A DNA stretch of 64,000 nucleotides, from positions 1,984,001 to 2,048,000 of the forward strand of contig CM007989.1 of the NCBI GenBank assembly GCA_002189035.1, written 5' to 3'. Below, piece after piece: positions 24,239 to 36,738 of the stretch (position 1 is its first letter; each line of letters opens with the position of its first letter). The notes beneath the pieces are model-generated. The model was not told the DNA's origin. It was given only the letters and a program-made list of their open reading frames with translations, and did no database searches. Origin of the DNA: Utricularia gibba. Its lineage: Eukaryota; Plantae; Magnoliophyta. The translations under genes and the position numbers were made by a program.

Positions 24239-25698
24239 CTATTCAATTATGGACTGAATAACACCAGCACCCACAGTCTTCCCACCTTCTCTGATGGCAA
24301 ATCTCATACCTTGCTCACAAGCAATGGGTGTAATAAGCTCAACCTCCATCTTCACACGATCACCGGGCATGACCATCTTCGATTCCTCATCCTTATCGTT
24401 CATTATGCTGTTCACTTTCCCGGTGACATCCGTGGTCCTCATGTAAAACTGTGGTCGATATCCTGCAAAGAAAGGTGAATGCCTTCCACCCTCCTCCTTC
24501 TTCAACACATACACAATCGCTGTGAATCGTTTGTGGGGGGTGATTGTTCCAGGCTTAGCCAGCACCATTCCCTCAGAATGTCGATCTTCTGGACGCCTCT
24601 CAACAACAAGCCCACATTGTCCCCTGCCAGAGCCTCATCCAAAGTTTTCTGGAACATCTCAACTCCGGTGACTGTGGTAGTCCTTGTGTCCTTCAGGCCG
24701 ACCAAATCCACAGTATCACCCACCCTGATAGTCCCCCTCTCCACACGACCAGTTGCAACCGTACCTCTACCTGTAATCGAGAAAACATCCTCAATTGCCA
24801 TCAAGAATGGCAAGTCCGTCTGTCTCTGAGGAATGGGGATGTAGTTGTCAACCTCATCCATCAATTGGTAAATCTTGTCAACCCATTGATTCTCCCCTCT
24901 CTTGATCACAGGATTTGCCATCAAAGCCTCTAGAGCTAATAGAGCAGATCCGGAAACAATGGGAATATCGTCACCAGGAAATTCATACGAGGAGAGCAAC
25001 TCCCTGACCTCCAATTCAACTAATTGAAGAAGCTCCTCATCATCCACCTGATCCTGCTTGTTCAAAAACACCACCATATTTGGGACACCCACTTGCTTCG
25101 CCAGCAGTATGTGTTCTTTAGTCTGCGGCATCGGCCCATCTGCTCCGGATACCACAAGAATCGCGCCGTCCATTTGCGCAGCACCAGTAATCATATTCTT
25201 GACGTAATCAGCGTGCCCGGGGCAGTCGACGTGGGCGTAATGTCGGTTCTCCGTCTCGTATTCAACCGTCGCAGTGTTGATGGTGATTCCACGGGCCCTC
25301 TCCTCAGGGGCGGCGTCGATTTCATCGTACTTCTTGGGCGCCGAGTTTCCAACGGACGCCAAGGCCATAGTTAGAGCAGCCGTCAGAGTAGTTTTACCGT
25401 GGTCAACATGGCCAATTGTTCCAATGTTGACATGGGGTTTCTTCCTCTCGAACTTCCCGCGAGCAGCCCGTACCGAGAACCTGCGATTGATGGAGGTGGG
25501 AGCCAAGACCGCGGGGCGGAAGCGAATAATGGCGGACAAGGGTGTCAATGAAGACGACAGAAGTACGTTATTCAGGGAATTAGGAAAATTAGGATTCGCG
25601 TTCGAGAGGGAAGAAGAAGGGGAATACAGCGCCTTGTTCTGCGCGACGAAGGAAGAAGAGGCGACGGTGGTGGTCTTCACTGGAACGACGGCCGCCAT
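24239..25698 (-). CDS. tufA: Nuclear-encoded plastid elongation factor Tu, intronless; apparent -1 frameshift at 24570-24572
   Basis: Ser-rich transit peptide then [45 protein letters not shown]; C-terminal MVLAKPG...[10 protein letters not shown] lies in a different frame. Confidence 0.96.
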
Positions 25699-26290
25699 TG
25701 CTGCGAACAAGAGTGTGGGAAGATGAGGGTGGAAGCGAGAGGATAGAGTTTGAGAGGCGCTTGAGGGTAAGAACGATATGGAAGATAACACCCCTCCCCT
25801 CCCGCTGCGTGGCTGGCGGTCTATCATATAATTAATTCATTAATATTTCCTTAAAAAAGAAAATAACACATTTTTTTAAAAAAACTCGAATTCTATTTTT
25901 CCCATCAAAATCCTTTTTAAAAACACATTTATAATAAAAAATTGAAAAACACTTTTAAATGTCTAATATTTTGATAACAAAATTACATTTTAACGTGAGA
26001 ATTTGGTCATTTGTTAGTGATAGAACTAAAAGAACTGAGCAATAAAAAACGGAAAGTCTTGATAATTATGAAGTGGCAGAAGTGGAGGAACAGGGTGCTT
26101 AAAAGGGCACAGATTCTAAAGGGATCCGGTTCAATTCTAGCTCTCCGATGAACAAAATCTGGAACAGAAACTGAGCGCCATAAACGCCTTACAAACCTGC
26201 TTTACAGCTCTGGTTTGACTATCAAAAGCAGCCTCTCCATTTTCATGTGGTAGTAGTCCCCGCAAGAGAGAGCCAAAGGAAGGGGAGAAA

Positions 26291-29200
26291 TCACCACCTG
26301 TTGTTGGGAGGCTTCACCTTATAGATCCTGACTATCCAGTTTGAGGTTGTGAACGCCTCTTCCAGATGCTGGAGCTTGATGTCCTTGTTTCCAATTTCGA
26401 CCCCACGAGCTCGGTCGTACCTGTTTCCACGGTAGATGCCACAATGAATCATCGTTTTTGTCTTTCTAGATACTCCCTCCACACATGGAGTTGACAGAGA
26501 GCATATAAAGAAACTCACCCAGGCGGTTTTCCGTATTCTGTAGTGAGCTCCCCAAATCTATAATAGCACAGCTTGTACCTGATGAAAAACAAAGCATTAG
26601 TACAAGGACCCGGAACTGGATCCATAATACCATGGAAGTTCCAGTAAGGACACACAATGTTGGAACCATAAACCCGCTCATGCATTCATGATGAAAATGG
26701 CCAGGTGAATGCACCAAGTTTTTTAAATACTGAGGCCAAAATTAAATACAAATGGATTGTTGGGCAGAGAAATAAGCATGAGGGTATAGCATTAGCTACA
26801 GGTTGGTATAGACGTGAAGCATGCAATTGAGGACTGCCAAAGAGCAATATAAAACTATTGTAACTTGAATGAAGAATAAACTCACATCAAACAGTTCAGC
26901 ATCTTTGGCGGGGCACCTTTATCCACACGATAGTCACCATTAACAAGGTAATCAGGTTCTTTAATAACTGGGAAGACTCCACCTCCAATTCTTACCATCC
27001 ACAAAAATCTGGAAAAGAAAAAACGTTTCAAGCCTTATTAGACTAAGATGTAAAAGAATGTGACAAGAGAAACTCAGAAGACATATTTAACTAAATGAAT
27101 AATACTACTCTACAGCAGGAGACTTGAAAAGGTAAAATGCTGACTCATATTCCATGTATTCTTACTTGTTAATATCATCAGATGAATACCCAGTTACACC
27201 TCCAAAAACCACCAATACATAATCAACATCCAGGGATCTCATAATGTCATACGCTTCATCCTCATAAGATGCCATAGCCCGTCCAACAGTAGCAATATGC
27301 GTGTTATTCCAAGTGTTGTTATCAACGATCACAGTTCTATTCCCCATGGCAGTAATTTGATAACCGTAGTCCCACCATGACATGACCTTGGCATCTGGAG
27401 GAGTATTTTGCTGCAGCCAGAAGTACGCTTCACGGTAGTCATCAAATATTACCCTGTTTCCATGTGCACCCCTTGCCGCCAACACAATTGATGGAGATGA
27501 GTATGCCTCTGACGTCACCCATGTGCAATGAATTGCATATCTGCTTAGCAAATAAAATGCTCCAAACAGCAAAGCGGCAGCTCCATTTCTTTGAATAGGC
27601 AAATTCGTCTCCAAAGAGCCCTGCTAGGAGTACCAAAACAGCAGATTCAAATTACACAACATCCATAGCTACACCAGACACTTAATGACAGCCAACATAA
27701 AAATCCAAGGAAAAGGAACTCATGCAAATTTCATCTACCACAAGTGAGGAAAGATAACTGAGAATGCTATTCAACAGCTGCCACATATTTCAGAATCCAA
27801 ATCATTATTTCTTTTCTGAATATCATACAATAATGTTCAGAACCAAGAATTTATCTGTGTCCATGGCATCAAGGACCTAGGGATAGGTTCAGAAGGAAAT
27901 AGTTATCAGACAACAAAAACATAAGGCAGTGTACAAACCACTCATATCTTGTATACGATCAGAAAATGGAGATAGGGTCACAGATTCCAAAAAATGAAGA
28001 ATATTCTCTTCGACTCTGACTTTATAATTTTTATTTCTTTTTTGATCATGAAACTGAAATTCAATCACGGCAGGCAAAAAAATGTGAATAAAAAGCCTAA
28101 TTCAAGGTGGGGAGATTATAGCATAAAGAGATGAAACTGCATTGAAAAATTTCGAGAACTAAGAAAGAAAGTGGGGAGGTGTTAGAAACCAACTTCCGAA
28201 ACTACTCAGCCATTTACAATTATTTGTCTCGAAGCAGTACAAGCAGTATAAAATTGAACTTGAAAGATTCACATGCTGAGAGTTACGACATAAAATAATG
28301 CAAAAGGTGTACGATAATAGATCAAGAAAGAAGATGGTTCAATTGCATGCCTTGGATGAAGCCTTAGCATTAGTTGTCCCTTTGGCGGCAACCGAAGAGA
28401 GTAATTTGCTCTTCGCCCTAACCAACTGACATAAGTTCTTTAATGTGGCTGAGACTGCAATGGCACTAATAAGGCAGACCGCAGGGGTGGCAACAAGTAT
28501 TAGCCTCACCATAACGCCAGCAAAATACATACTCGTGAGGCCGTACATCACAATAAATATTGTGGCATCTGACAAACGTTTGAAGCAGAAATAAAGTCCA
28601 GCTGGGAATAAAAGTAGCAGAATATGATAGTCAAACATGAAGGATGACCATGCTGTAGGCTGATGTTCAGAAACTGAAGCAATTATTGGAATGTGGTCCT
28701 TTGCATAGGTAGGATCTAGAAGTGAATAAAATCTTCCAGTCCACGGTGAAATATAACCAGAAGCAGTGCCAACTCCCAGAGCTAGAGAACCCAAACTCAC
28801 AGCAGTAGTCACCCCGATTCTCAAGAATGTGTAGAACTTCTTTGGATCATTCAGCAAGTACTTAACCCAATCTAAAAAATAAAATACCTGCATCAGAACA
28901 TCCGGGTTAGCGAAACCCGAAATAAGTCAATAAATTGCACAATGAATGCTAGAGCTTCAGCCCTTAAAACTAAAGTCCTGAAGGCATTCATGTGGCCATA
29001 CAACAGTGGACATTGAAATACTGAATAAATCAACTTCATGAGAATACTGATGAATATCATTGTCATCTAAGCAAGCCATGATGATCTACCTGCATCAAGA
29101 AAAATACTCCCATGGCTGCCATATGCTCGCCTGATTGTACATGCTGGAAACCAACAAAACGTATTTGCATTGCCAATAGCATTCCCAGCACATACATGGA

Positions 29201-30396
29201 ATTATATGCTATATATAACCTCATTGAATACCTTTCAGTAATCAGCAGAACCAGAACATACAAGGGGATAAGATTAATGATGAATACATAACCACCCCAG
29301 GCCGAAACCATATAAAAGTAACCAAAAGCCGAGGCCAACGACCAAGAAAGTGAACCAGTGTTGACAGCTTTAACAAATAAATAGAAGGTAAGCAGCAGTG
29401 CAAATATAGCAACTCCCTCGTTATCATATGATCCGGCCACAGACCTTGATATATAACCAGGACAAATGGCAATAAGGGCAGCAGCAACGAGACCAGCACC
29501 TGAGTCCCACAATTCCTTTCCAAAAAAGTATGCAACAAGAGTGGTATTGGCAGCAAAAAATGGGGCAGTGAGCACGCAAACTTCTCTAATATGAACAAAA
29601 AACCTGTTAAAAAACAAGAATAGTTGAGAACAGGTGGACGTTATGAAAGACTGCATCCACTACCTAGATATTTGAAATGTGCAGCTGAACATTGAGACCC
29701 TGGCAAACTTAAGACATGCATTGACTTCAATGACCACCTACTGATGAGATAGTTGGGATGTACCATGGGATGAATACGACTGGAAGGCAGACGATTTATC
29801 TGTTACTTAGAATTCAAAATCTTGGTTTTATTATTTCAGGTTTTCAGGAAGATTAATGTCGATATTCGCATGCATCATACGTCGGCACCTGACTTGAGAA
29901 GATGCCACACTCATTAGTACACATTAACACAGATAATGCGGAGCTCTTGATTCTCTAGGAGATACTAAGCTAGTTCCCAGATGCAACACTACGCAAACAT
30001 GCAAAAAAAAGAATGCATTTACCGCAGAAACCGGAGAATCCAATAAATGAGGGCAGCAGTAACCATGAGGCCCGGATAAAGTGTGCCCCCGATGATCCTC
30101 CCTAGCGGATACCAGCTCTCGGAATCAAACCAGTTCCAAAACTCGTAAAAACCATTGCGAATCAGAAACTGAGTGACGCGGTAATTGAAATAGGGATCAA
30201 ACTCATGGATCATACTCTCGTAACGCAAGACACTGAATAAACGGGAAATGAATGCCAAAACATAAACCAAGCACAAGACTGCGACACGAATCAAGAGCTC
30301 CTGCTGCTTCGCCGTCAGCTTCAGTGGCTTCAGCAGTGAACTCAGGCCGGCCTCCGGCAGTAGATACACCGCCGATTGGCTCATCTTCGCTACCAT
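26291..30396 (-). CDS. STT3B: Oligosaccharyltransferase catalytic subunit STT3B, 6 exons
   Basis: [56 protein letters not shown]; ends KPPNNRW*. Confidence 0.95.
27624..28350 (-). other. GC-AG intron with TAGCAG tandem acceptor in STT3B
   Basis: TCC AAG/GCATGC followed in frame by TGA, so splicing is required; acceptors TAG (27624) and CAG (27621) differ by one Gln. Confidence 0.7.
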
Positions 30397-30660
30397 TCGT
30401 GAATCGGATCTGAACACCGTAGAAATCTATCGATTACGCGCCAGTCATCAACCCTAAATCCGCATCCCCCCGGGCATTTCTCCCTTCAGCTAGCGTCCGG
30501 GTGTCTTATTAATTCCCAAAATACCCTCCAATAATTTCTCACCCCCCTTAAATGAAAGCGCGCTCCATAATTCTCCAAGGGCCGCACTATGCCCTTCTTT
30601 GTTTCTCGACAAGAAACAAAAATAAATAAATAAATAATTCATTAGAGAAAATGGTAGGGG

Positions 30661-30970
30661 CACGTGGGAAAGTGCTTTTTGTTTACTAATTTGAACATGA
30701 AGAATTTTCTTAAGAAAACGTTGTGATAACAGTTTTATTAATAAAAATATTGATTTTTATTTTATAAAATATTATTAAAAATAATTCTCAAAAAATCTAA
30801 AAAGACATCCAAATACCATCTTGTGGCCAACATGATGGGAGTTGTGCAATTGGATTAGATGACACGTGTATTCTGGAGGGGACCCGGGGAAGAAGCTTCC
30901 ATTCCAGAAGAGGTTACATGACAAGAAGCAATCTTCTTCTTCCCACCTGCCTCATTGCTTGCGTCACGTC
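30661..30970 (+). promoter_or_regulatory. G-boxes and CGTCA motif in CYP94A promoter
   Basis: CACGTG at 30661 and 30863, GCGTCACGTC at 30961; TATA-like TATATATA near 31002. Confidence 0.5.
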
Positions 30971-31099
30971 TCTAGCTGCTGCCAACGCGCAGGCTGTTGC
31001 GTATATATACAAATGAGTCACAACTCCTCGCTTCATCACTTTTATCTCACAACCAGATACACAGGCCCAACTTCCGAAGTCTCAAGCTCAAGGTCAACA

Positions 31100-32629
31100 A
31101 TGGCGATCATCACTACTTCTCTGGTCCTCGTTGTCCTCTGTCTCATTGCTCCCCTGATACTCCTCCTCCTCAAACGGGAAAGATCCACCACTTCTTCTTC
31201 TGGAAAACTCCCTAAATCGTACCCTGTTTTCGGTTCCTACTTTGAGGTTCGCCGGAACATCGAAAGCTTCGTCCAGTGGACAGCGGGAATCGTTAATTCG
31301 ACGCCGTCCCTCACCTTCATCCTCCACCGGGCGTTGGGCCAGAGGGTGATTATCACCGCTGACCCTTCAAACGTCCACCACATTCTTAAATCGCATTTCC
31401 ACATCTATGAAAAAGGCGATTTCTTGAAGATCACTCTTCGCGACCTCCTCGGCGATGGGATATTCAACGCCGACGGAGACAAATGGAAATTCCAACGCCA
31501 GCTCGCTAGCCACGAGTTCAATACCAAATCCCTCCGTAAATTCATCGAGACCGTCGTGGAATCCGAACTCTCCGATCGCCTCATCCCGATACTCAGAAAC
31601 GCCGCCGCGGAGAAGACGGTTATAGATTTTCAGGACATTCTTCAGCGATTCGCTTTCGATAACATTTGTAAAATCGCGTTTGGATATGATCCCGAGTACC
31701 TGACCCCGTCGCTGCAGGAGTCCAAATTCGCCGTCGCGTTCGAAACGGCGGTGCGCATATCGAGTGGGCGGTTCAATTCCCTCGCCCCGGCGGTCTGGAA
31801 ATTTAAGAAGGCTTTCAATTTGGGATCCGAGAGGGAGCTCAAATCCGCGGTCGCCGAAATTCAGAGCCTCGCCAAAGAGATACTCAACCGTAAAAAGCAG
31901 CAAATCGGGACCGGGACCGCGGTCGCGGACGAGGATCTTCTGTCGAGATTCCTAAGCTCCGGCCACACCGACGACGAATTCGTGATGGATATTGTCATCA
32001 GCTTCATCTTGGCGGGAAGAGACACAACTTCCGCGGCACTCACGTGGTTCTTCTGGCTCCTCTCTAAGCACCCTGAAGTGGAGAGCAGAATACTCCAAGA
32101 AGTCAGCTCTAAAGTATCGGAATCTGCAGCGTACGACCAAGTGAAGGAGCTCGTATACACGCACGCCTCCATATGCGAAAGCATGCGGCTATATCCTCCG
32201 GTTCCGACGGACACCAAGTGTGCCAACGACGACGACGTTTTACCCGATGGAACGTTGGTGAAAAAGGGGATGAGGGTGACCTATCATCCCTACGCCATGG
32301 GGCGGGTGGAGAAGGTGTGGAGCGAGGACTGGCCGGAGTACCGCCCGGAGCGGTGGCTCGGAGAAGGCGGGGTGTTTGTGAACAGGGATGCGTACACTTA
32401 CCCCGTTTTTCAGGCGGGGCCCAGGATATGCCTGGGGAAGGAGATGGCTTTTCTGCAGATGAAGAGCATCGTGGCTGGCGTCCTCCGTGAGTTCAAGGTA
32501 GTCCCCGCGTCCGACGGAGAAGAGGACCCCGTCTATTTATCGTTCCTCACGGCGAAGATGAAAGGCGGTTTCCCCGTGAGGATTGAGGTCAGGGCGCCGG
32601 AGAAGACTCGCAGAATCAAATCAGTATAG
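31100..32629 (+). CDS. CYP94A: Cytochrome P450 CYP94A-like fatty-acid omega-hydroxylase, intronless
   Basis: TM anchor, DLLGDGIFNADGDKWKFQRQLASHEFNTKSLR, AGRDTTS, ESMRLYPPV, YRPERW, FQAGPRICLG heme motif. Confidence 0.92.
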   Translation: MAIITTSLVLVVLCLIAPLILLLLKRERSTTSSSGKLPKSYPVFGSYFEVRRNIESFVQWTAGIVNSTPSLTFILHRALGQRVIITADPSNVHHILKSHFHIYEKGDFLKITLRDLLGDGIFNADGDKWKFQRQLASHEFNTKSLRKFIETVVESELSDRLIPILRNAAAEKTVIDFQDILQRFAFDNICKIAFGYDPEYLTPSLQESKFAVAFETAVRISSGRFNSLAPAVWKFKKAFNLGSERELKSAVAEIQSLAKEILNRKKQQIGTGTAVADEDLLSRFLSSGHTDDEFVMDIVISFILAGRDTTSAALTWFFWLLSKHPEVESRILQEVSSKVSESAAYDQVKELVYTHASICESMRLYPPVPTDTKCANDDDVLPDGTLVKKGMRVTYHPYAMGRVEKVWSEDWPEYRPERWLGEGGVFVNRDAYTYPVFQAGPRICLGKEMAFLQMKSIVAGVLREFKVVPASDGEEDPVYLSFLTAKMKGGFPVRIEVRAPEKTRRIKSV

Positions 32630-33088
32630 GCCGCCGGTGGGATTTTGCCCTACTTTCAAGTTCCTTCATTTTTCCCTTGCAAAAGTCCAGTTTCTTCGTG
32701 TAGTGTATGTGAACACAATAAATGAAATATGGATTTGTTTCATTGAAAATTATTTATGTTCTACTAAAAAAAATAAAGAAAATAAATTTAAAAAACATTA
32801 AATATAAATAACAATTGTTATATCTTATAATATTTTTAGTATAAATTAAACATGATTTTAAAAAAAAATTAATCTGCATACAGAGCAAAGACATGAGAAG
32901 CTTCTGCCCGTTGCTTCATCATTATTTCAAAACTACTGAACATGAGGAATAATGAAGCTCCATGAATGCCCATACTAAGAGGAATACAGACATGCGCTAA
33001 GCCCCAAAACTGTAACCGCAACTATGGTAATAATGCAAAGGCAACTCAGGTGCTTCAAGCCTTTGGATGCGATGGGAGGGAGTGTGAA

Positions 33089-36000
33089 CTAAGACGTGGG
33101 CATGGTGGAGTATAAGACAGTAAAGAAAAGCTCAACTTCAGGTATGCTTTTAAGAATCTCGATGTACCGCGTGAGGTGGGGATCTGAGAGCACGAGCTGA
33201 CCCATTTGGGCTAGTCTGGGGATGAGTCTGGCGAGGGGTATCCCAGCTCTTAGAGTGTTTTCTCCGCACTGGGTTGATAGATCTTCCAAAACTACACTCA
33301 CCAACCTTCTCAGGGACAGCTCTACGATATTGGCGAACTCGGAGCTGCACAGTGGAAAACAGATCACGATAAATAAACCATTGTAAGAGTACCACTACGG
33401 CCTAGTTTCAAATGAGCACAAATGGAAAGAGCATCGTCATGCACACCCATTTATCTTATACATCTAGATAGAAATACTGGGAAACACAATATCAGAAAGT
33501 ACTAGTGAATAAATAATGTACGGTTTTCCAGTGTCAGACTCCAGTCACTGGCCCCATATGAAAAGGGAAAAAACAAAGTTGAGAAATAGCAGTTGGAAAC
33601 GAAACAAACACCTTGAAAATGTTGATGTGCAACATTACTAATCAGGAACCAATACATTACCTTGACAACACGGCTCGTGTTTCCTCCATGAGCAGCTCAA
33701 ACTTTCCAGGACGCAAGTCTGAGCTGCGGCTGGGAGGTGCAAGAAATTTGAAACTGCCAGCATCTTCAGGTATCAAATATTCAACCCAGTGGTGTGGGCT
33801 TTCCGTGATCATCAAACTGTTGAGAATGTGAACAAGTGTATCACCGAGCAGTGTATCATTGAACAACGCCTTCAAATCCTTCCTGAAAATGATTACTAAA
33901 CACGTCAGACTTAGTTTGGGATGCAGGATAAACAGCAAACATTGGAAACTACAGCAACAATGTTGTGTCCATTACATGAATTACACACGACATTTTCTAC
34001 CCACAACATAAAGCCTATCACAATTAGGAGCCCAAGACCAACCGCTCCTGGACCAAACTAAACGTGCCAGAAAATCAAAAACAATTTGGAGAAAGCAATC
34101 AGAAGTGATCTGACCAAGTGAATACCCTTGAGAAATTAACTAGAACATGCTAAACTCTCGAGAACAGTGGACATCTTCATACACTTTTCATGAAATGCAT
34201 ACAACATATAAAATATTTGAACATTTTAACGTACCCCTTGAGAATCTCCATTGTTGCTGCCTCTGCATTAGATATTAAGGAAGGCAAGCCATAATTAGAA
34301 AGGTAGTCAGCACACGCCAAAAACTGTTGCTCATCATTTTTGTCAATGAGTTCAGCTTCGTCCTGGAATGTAAGCATGTAACCCTCTTAATGAGCATAAC
34401 AAAGAATAATTTAAATCTTGGAATAAACGAGACCAATACAAACTTCTTCAGTACTCTAGATGGAGTTTTACCACACACAGTTTTACCTTCTGCATTATTA
34501 AGATATATATATACAACCTTCTCATGAAACAGTTTTTCCTGAAACAACTTTATGCATTATGAAGATTGAAGCATCTATTCCTTGATCTACAAAAACATCA
34601 GGCCCTGAAGGGTGCAGTTTCAAATTTTCGTAGGATGTGAACCAGAATTGGAATGGAAACAGAGAGACAGATTAGGCGCCCATAGATTCTAGAAGAAAAC
34701 GCCACTATCACCAACAATGCTATTCCCCTGTTCCCCTTAGACAATCTATTTTTGGGAATAGAACATTTCCCTAGCAATGGAACTCTATCCATCTATTTCA
34801 TAGCATCCTTCTTAAAGTCCTATGGTTTCATAACTTGGAAACCATCAAGAATCATGGTGTCTGTTGTTTATGAGGGATGACCGGCAAGTATGTTCAGTGA
34901 CTGAGAATACCTATACAAATTTACACCATCATGATTATATTTCAAGGAACCGACTCAGATGAAAGCAGAAAAATGTGTGACAAATAGTTCCATCAGGAAA
35001 CAAGATCATCTCATGAATCATCGTTTTATTGTGCATTGAAAACATATTTGTTCAAATAATTACCAGATGACTTGGACTGCCCAGCCCACGTGCAGTGTCA
35101 ACATATAGATGCCGGCTCAATATATTGACTTGAATCCTGATGAAGAGGTTCAGGATGGCCATTGACCAAAGTGACGATGCCAATCTTGTAAAACCTTGAC
35201 AAAATAACAGAAACCTAAGATATAAATAGGAAACTCAAGAAACAGATGGAACACTAGCAACATGAAAAGAGAGCCTACATAGAACATTGAGCCTATTCCA
35301 TAATTCAAGTTTCTTTGCTGTACTAAGTGTGTTTGGCTGGTCCTTGGCTTGAAGTAACTTTTGCATCAAATGAGTAAGGTCCAAGGTCTCCGAAAACTGA
35401 GTATCTAATAAATGTATTACGTGAGGAAGCGTTGTTGTATCAGCTATCCTCTGAACACTCACAAAATGTGAGTGGATTCTATGGGAATATACAAGCAAAC
35501 AAAGTGACATGAGCATTCGATCAATAATGGTTAGGGTAAAACAAATTACTTTTAGAAACCCACTAATCTTAACTGGGATTTAATCCGTTCCTCAGCTTCT
35601 ATTTCCTCGGTATGTTGCTTCTCAAGATCTTTGAGGCTACACTTCCAAGCGTCATAGACCTTGTAAACTACATATCCGCCTCCCAAAATTCCAAGTGTAG
35701 TGTACAATTTTCTTTTATGTCTTCTCCAGAATTCCCTAAAGTTAATTAAAAGAAGTAACAAAAATCAGAAGCAAACACATACAAATAAAATACTTGACAA
35801 CAACATAATTAGTCTTGAAGGCATAGTCATTGTCATGCTTACAGAGTTGCTTCACACCATCAAAGTACGAAATTTTAACCATTAGCTTTGCCACTCTCTG
35901 TTTTTAAAAGCATAGACTAAGCTGAATTTCATCAACAATGTGCAATCCACACACAACCTCAATCACCATCCTCTGCTTTTAAAAGAGGAATCTAGAATGA

Positions 36001-36122
36001 CAAAATCACATCAACGAAAATACAGAAAAAATACTCCACCAAAATGAAGAATAGCAATAGCTTTTCAACCCGAAAACTGAATCAAAAGGATAAGCGATGG
36101 GATAGAAGACGACTAACCACAT
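33089..36122 (-). CDS. PEX3: Peroxin 3, with a 5-nt first coding exon
   Basis: ATG TG/intron/G GAA TTC gives MWEFWRRHKRK; DTTTLPH, RIQVNILSRHLYVDTAR, SPHHWVEYL, PEVELFFTVLYSTMP. Confidence 0.92.
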
Positions 36123-36595
36123 TCAAGCGGTTGATTGAGACCCTCTTTCAGGTTTGAGTATCCCGTATCGCCAACCGTAAGAACCTCGGGTTTTCTCAAA
36201 ACCGTGACTAGAATAACTCAAGTTTGCCCATCCAACATACGAGAGCATTCACAAATTCCCGTAACTTTCTTTCCCAAACTCGGAACACAAAACGAGGATG
36301 GAGAAAAAAAGCCCTTCTATCCTTTTTTTCAATCAGATTATCTCATATGAATTCTGTAAGAACCCCGCTGGCACCAAAAAACATGCTTGATTCCTGTTGT
36401 TGACGTCAAACCAACTGAAGTTAACACCCAGAGAAGAATCCAGCAGCAAGGGCCAAGGAAGAAGCTCACCCATCAGCACACGGAAAAGAGGAAGGGGACA
36501 AAATTTATTTATTCATTTTTAATTATTTTGTGCAATTTTCTTACCATTTTTTTCAACACATTAATTATTATCCTTTTCCGCAGCCCAGTTGGAAT

Positions 36596-36626
36596 TGGGC
36601 CAGTGGCCCAATATGAAGAACCCTAA
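36596..36626 (+). promoter_or_regulatory. Site II pair plus telo-box-like AACCCTAA in PEX3/RACK1 divergent promoter
   Basis: TGGGCC 36596, GGCCCA 36605, AACCCTAA 36619; the module typical of translation-machinery genes. Confidence 0.7.
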
Positions 36627-36738
36627 ATCAGCTGGAGCTATCCATATATATATATATACTCCGCGCACATTTCCAGAGAGGGTGTTTTTGTTCACTTCCG
36701 CCTCCACTCCGCCGTCGCCGTTGTGTGAATCGTTCGCT

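Noticed and set aside
24239-25698. tufA as a plastid DNA insertion or bacterial contamination
   Set aside because: It has a transit peptide and is flanked by intron-containing nuclear genes; intronless nuclear tufA is normal in angiosperms.
25699-25827. Upstream in-frame ATG of tufA (MIDRQ...)
   Set aside because: Probably promoter or leader; the typical MA- transit peptide starts at 25698.
30866-31099. 78-aa N-terminal extension of CYP94A in the ORF track
   Set aside because: Starts at GTG and lies upstream of or across the TATA-like box near 31002; the P450 membrane anchor begins at Met 31100.
31094-32226. Long antisense ORFs over CYP94A (likewise over tufA, CCT4, KLCR, WAK-like and DUF632 exons)
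   Set aside because: Expected shadows of GC-rich coding sequence; no recognisable domains.
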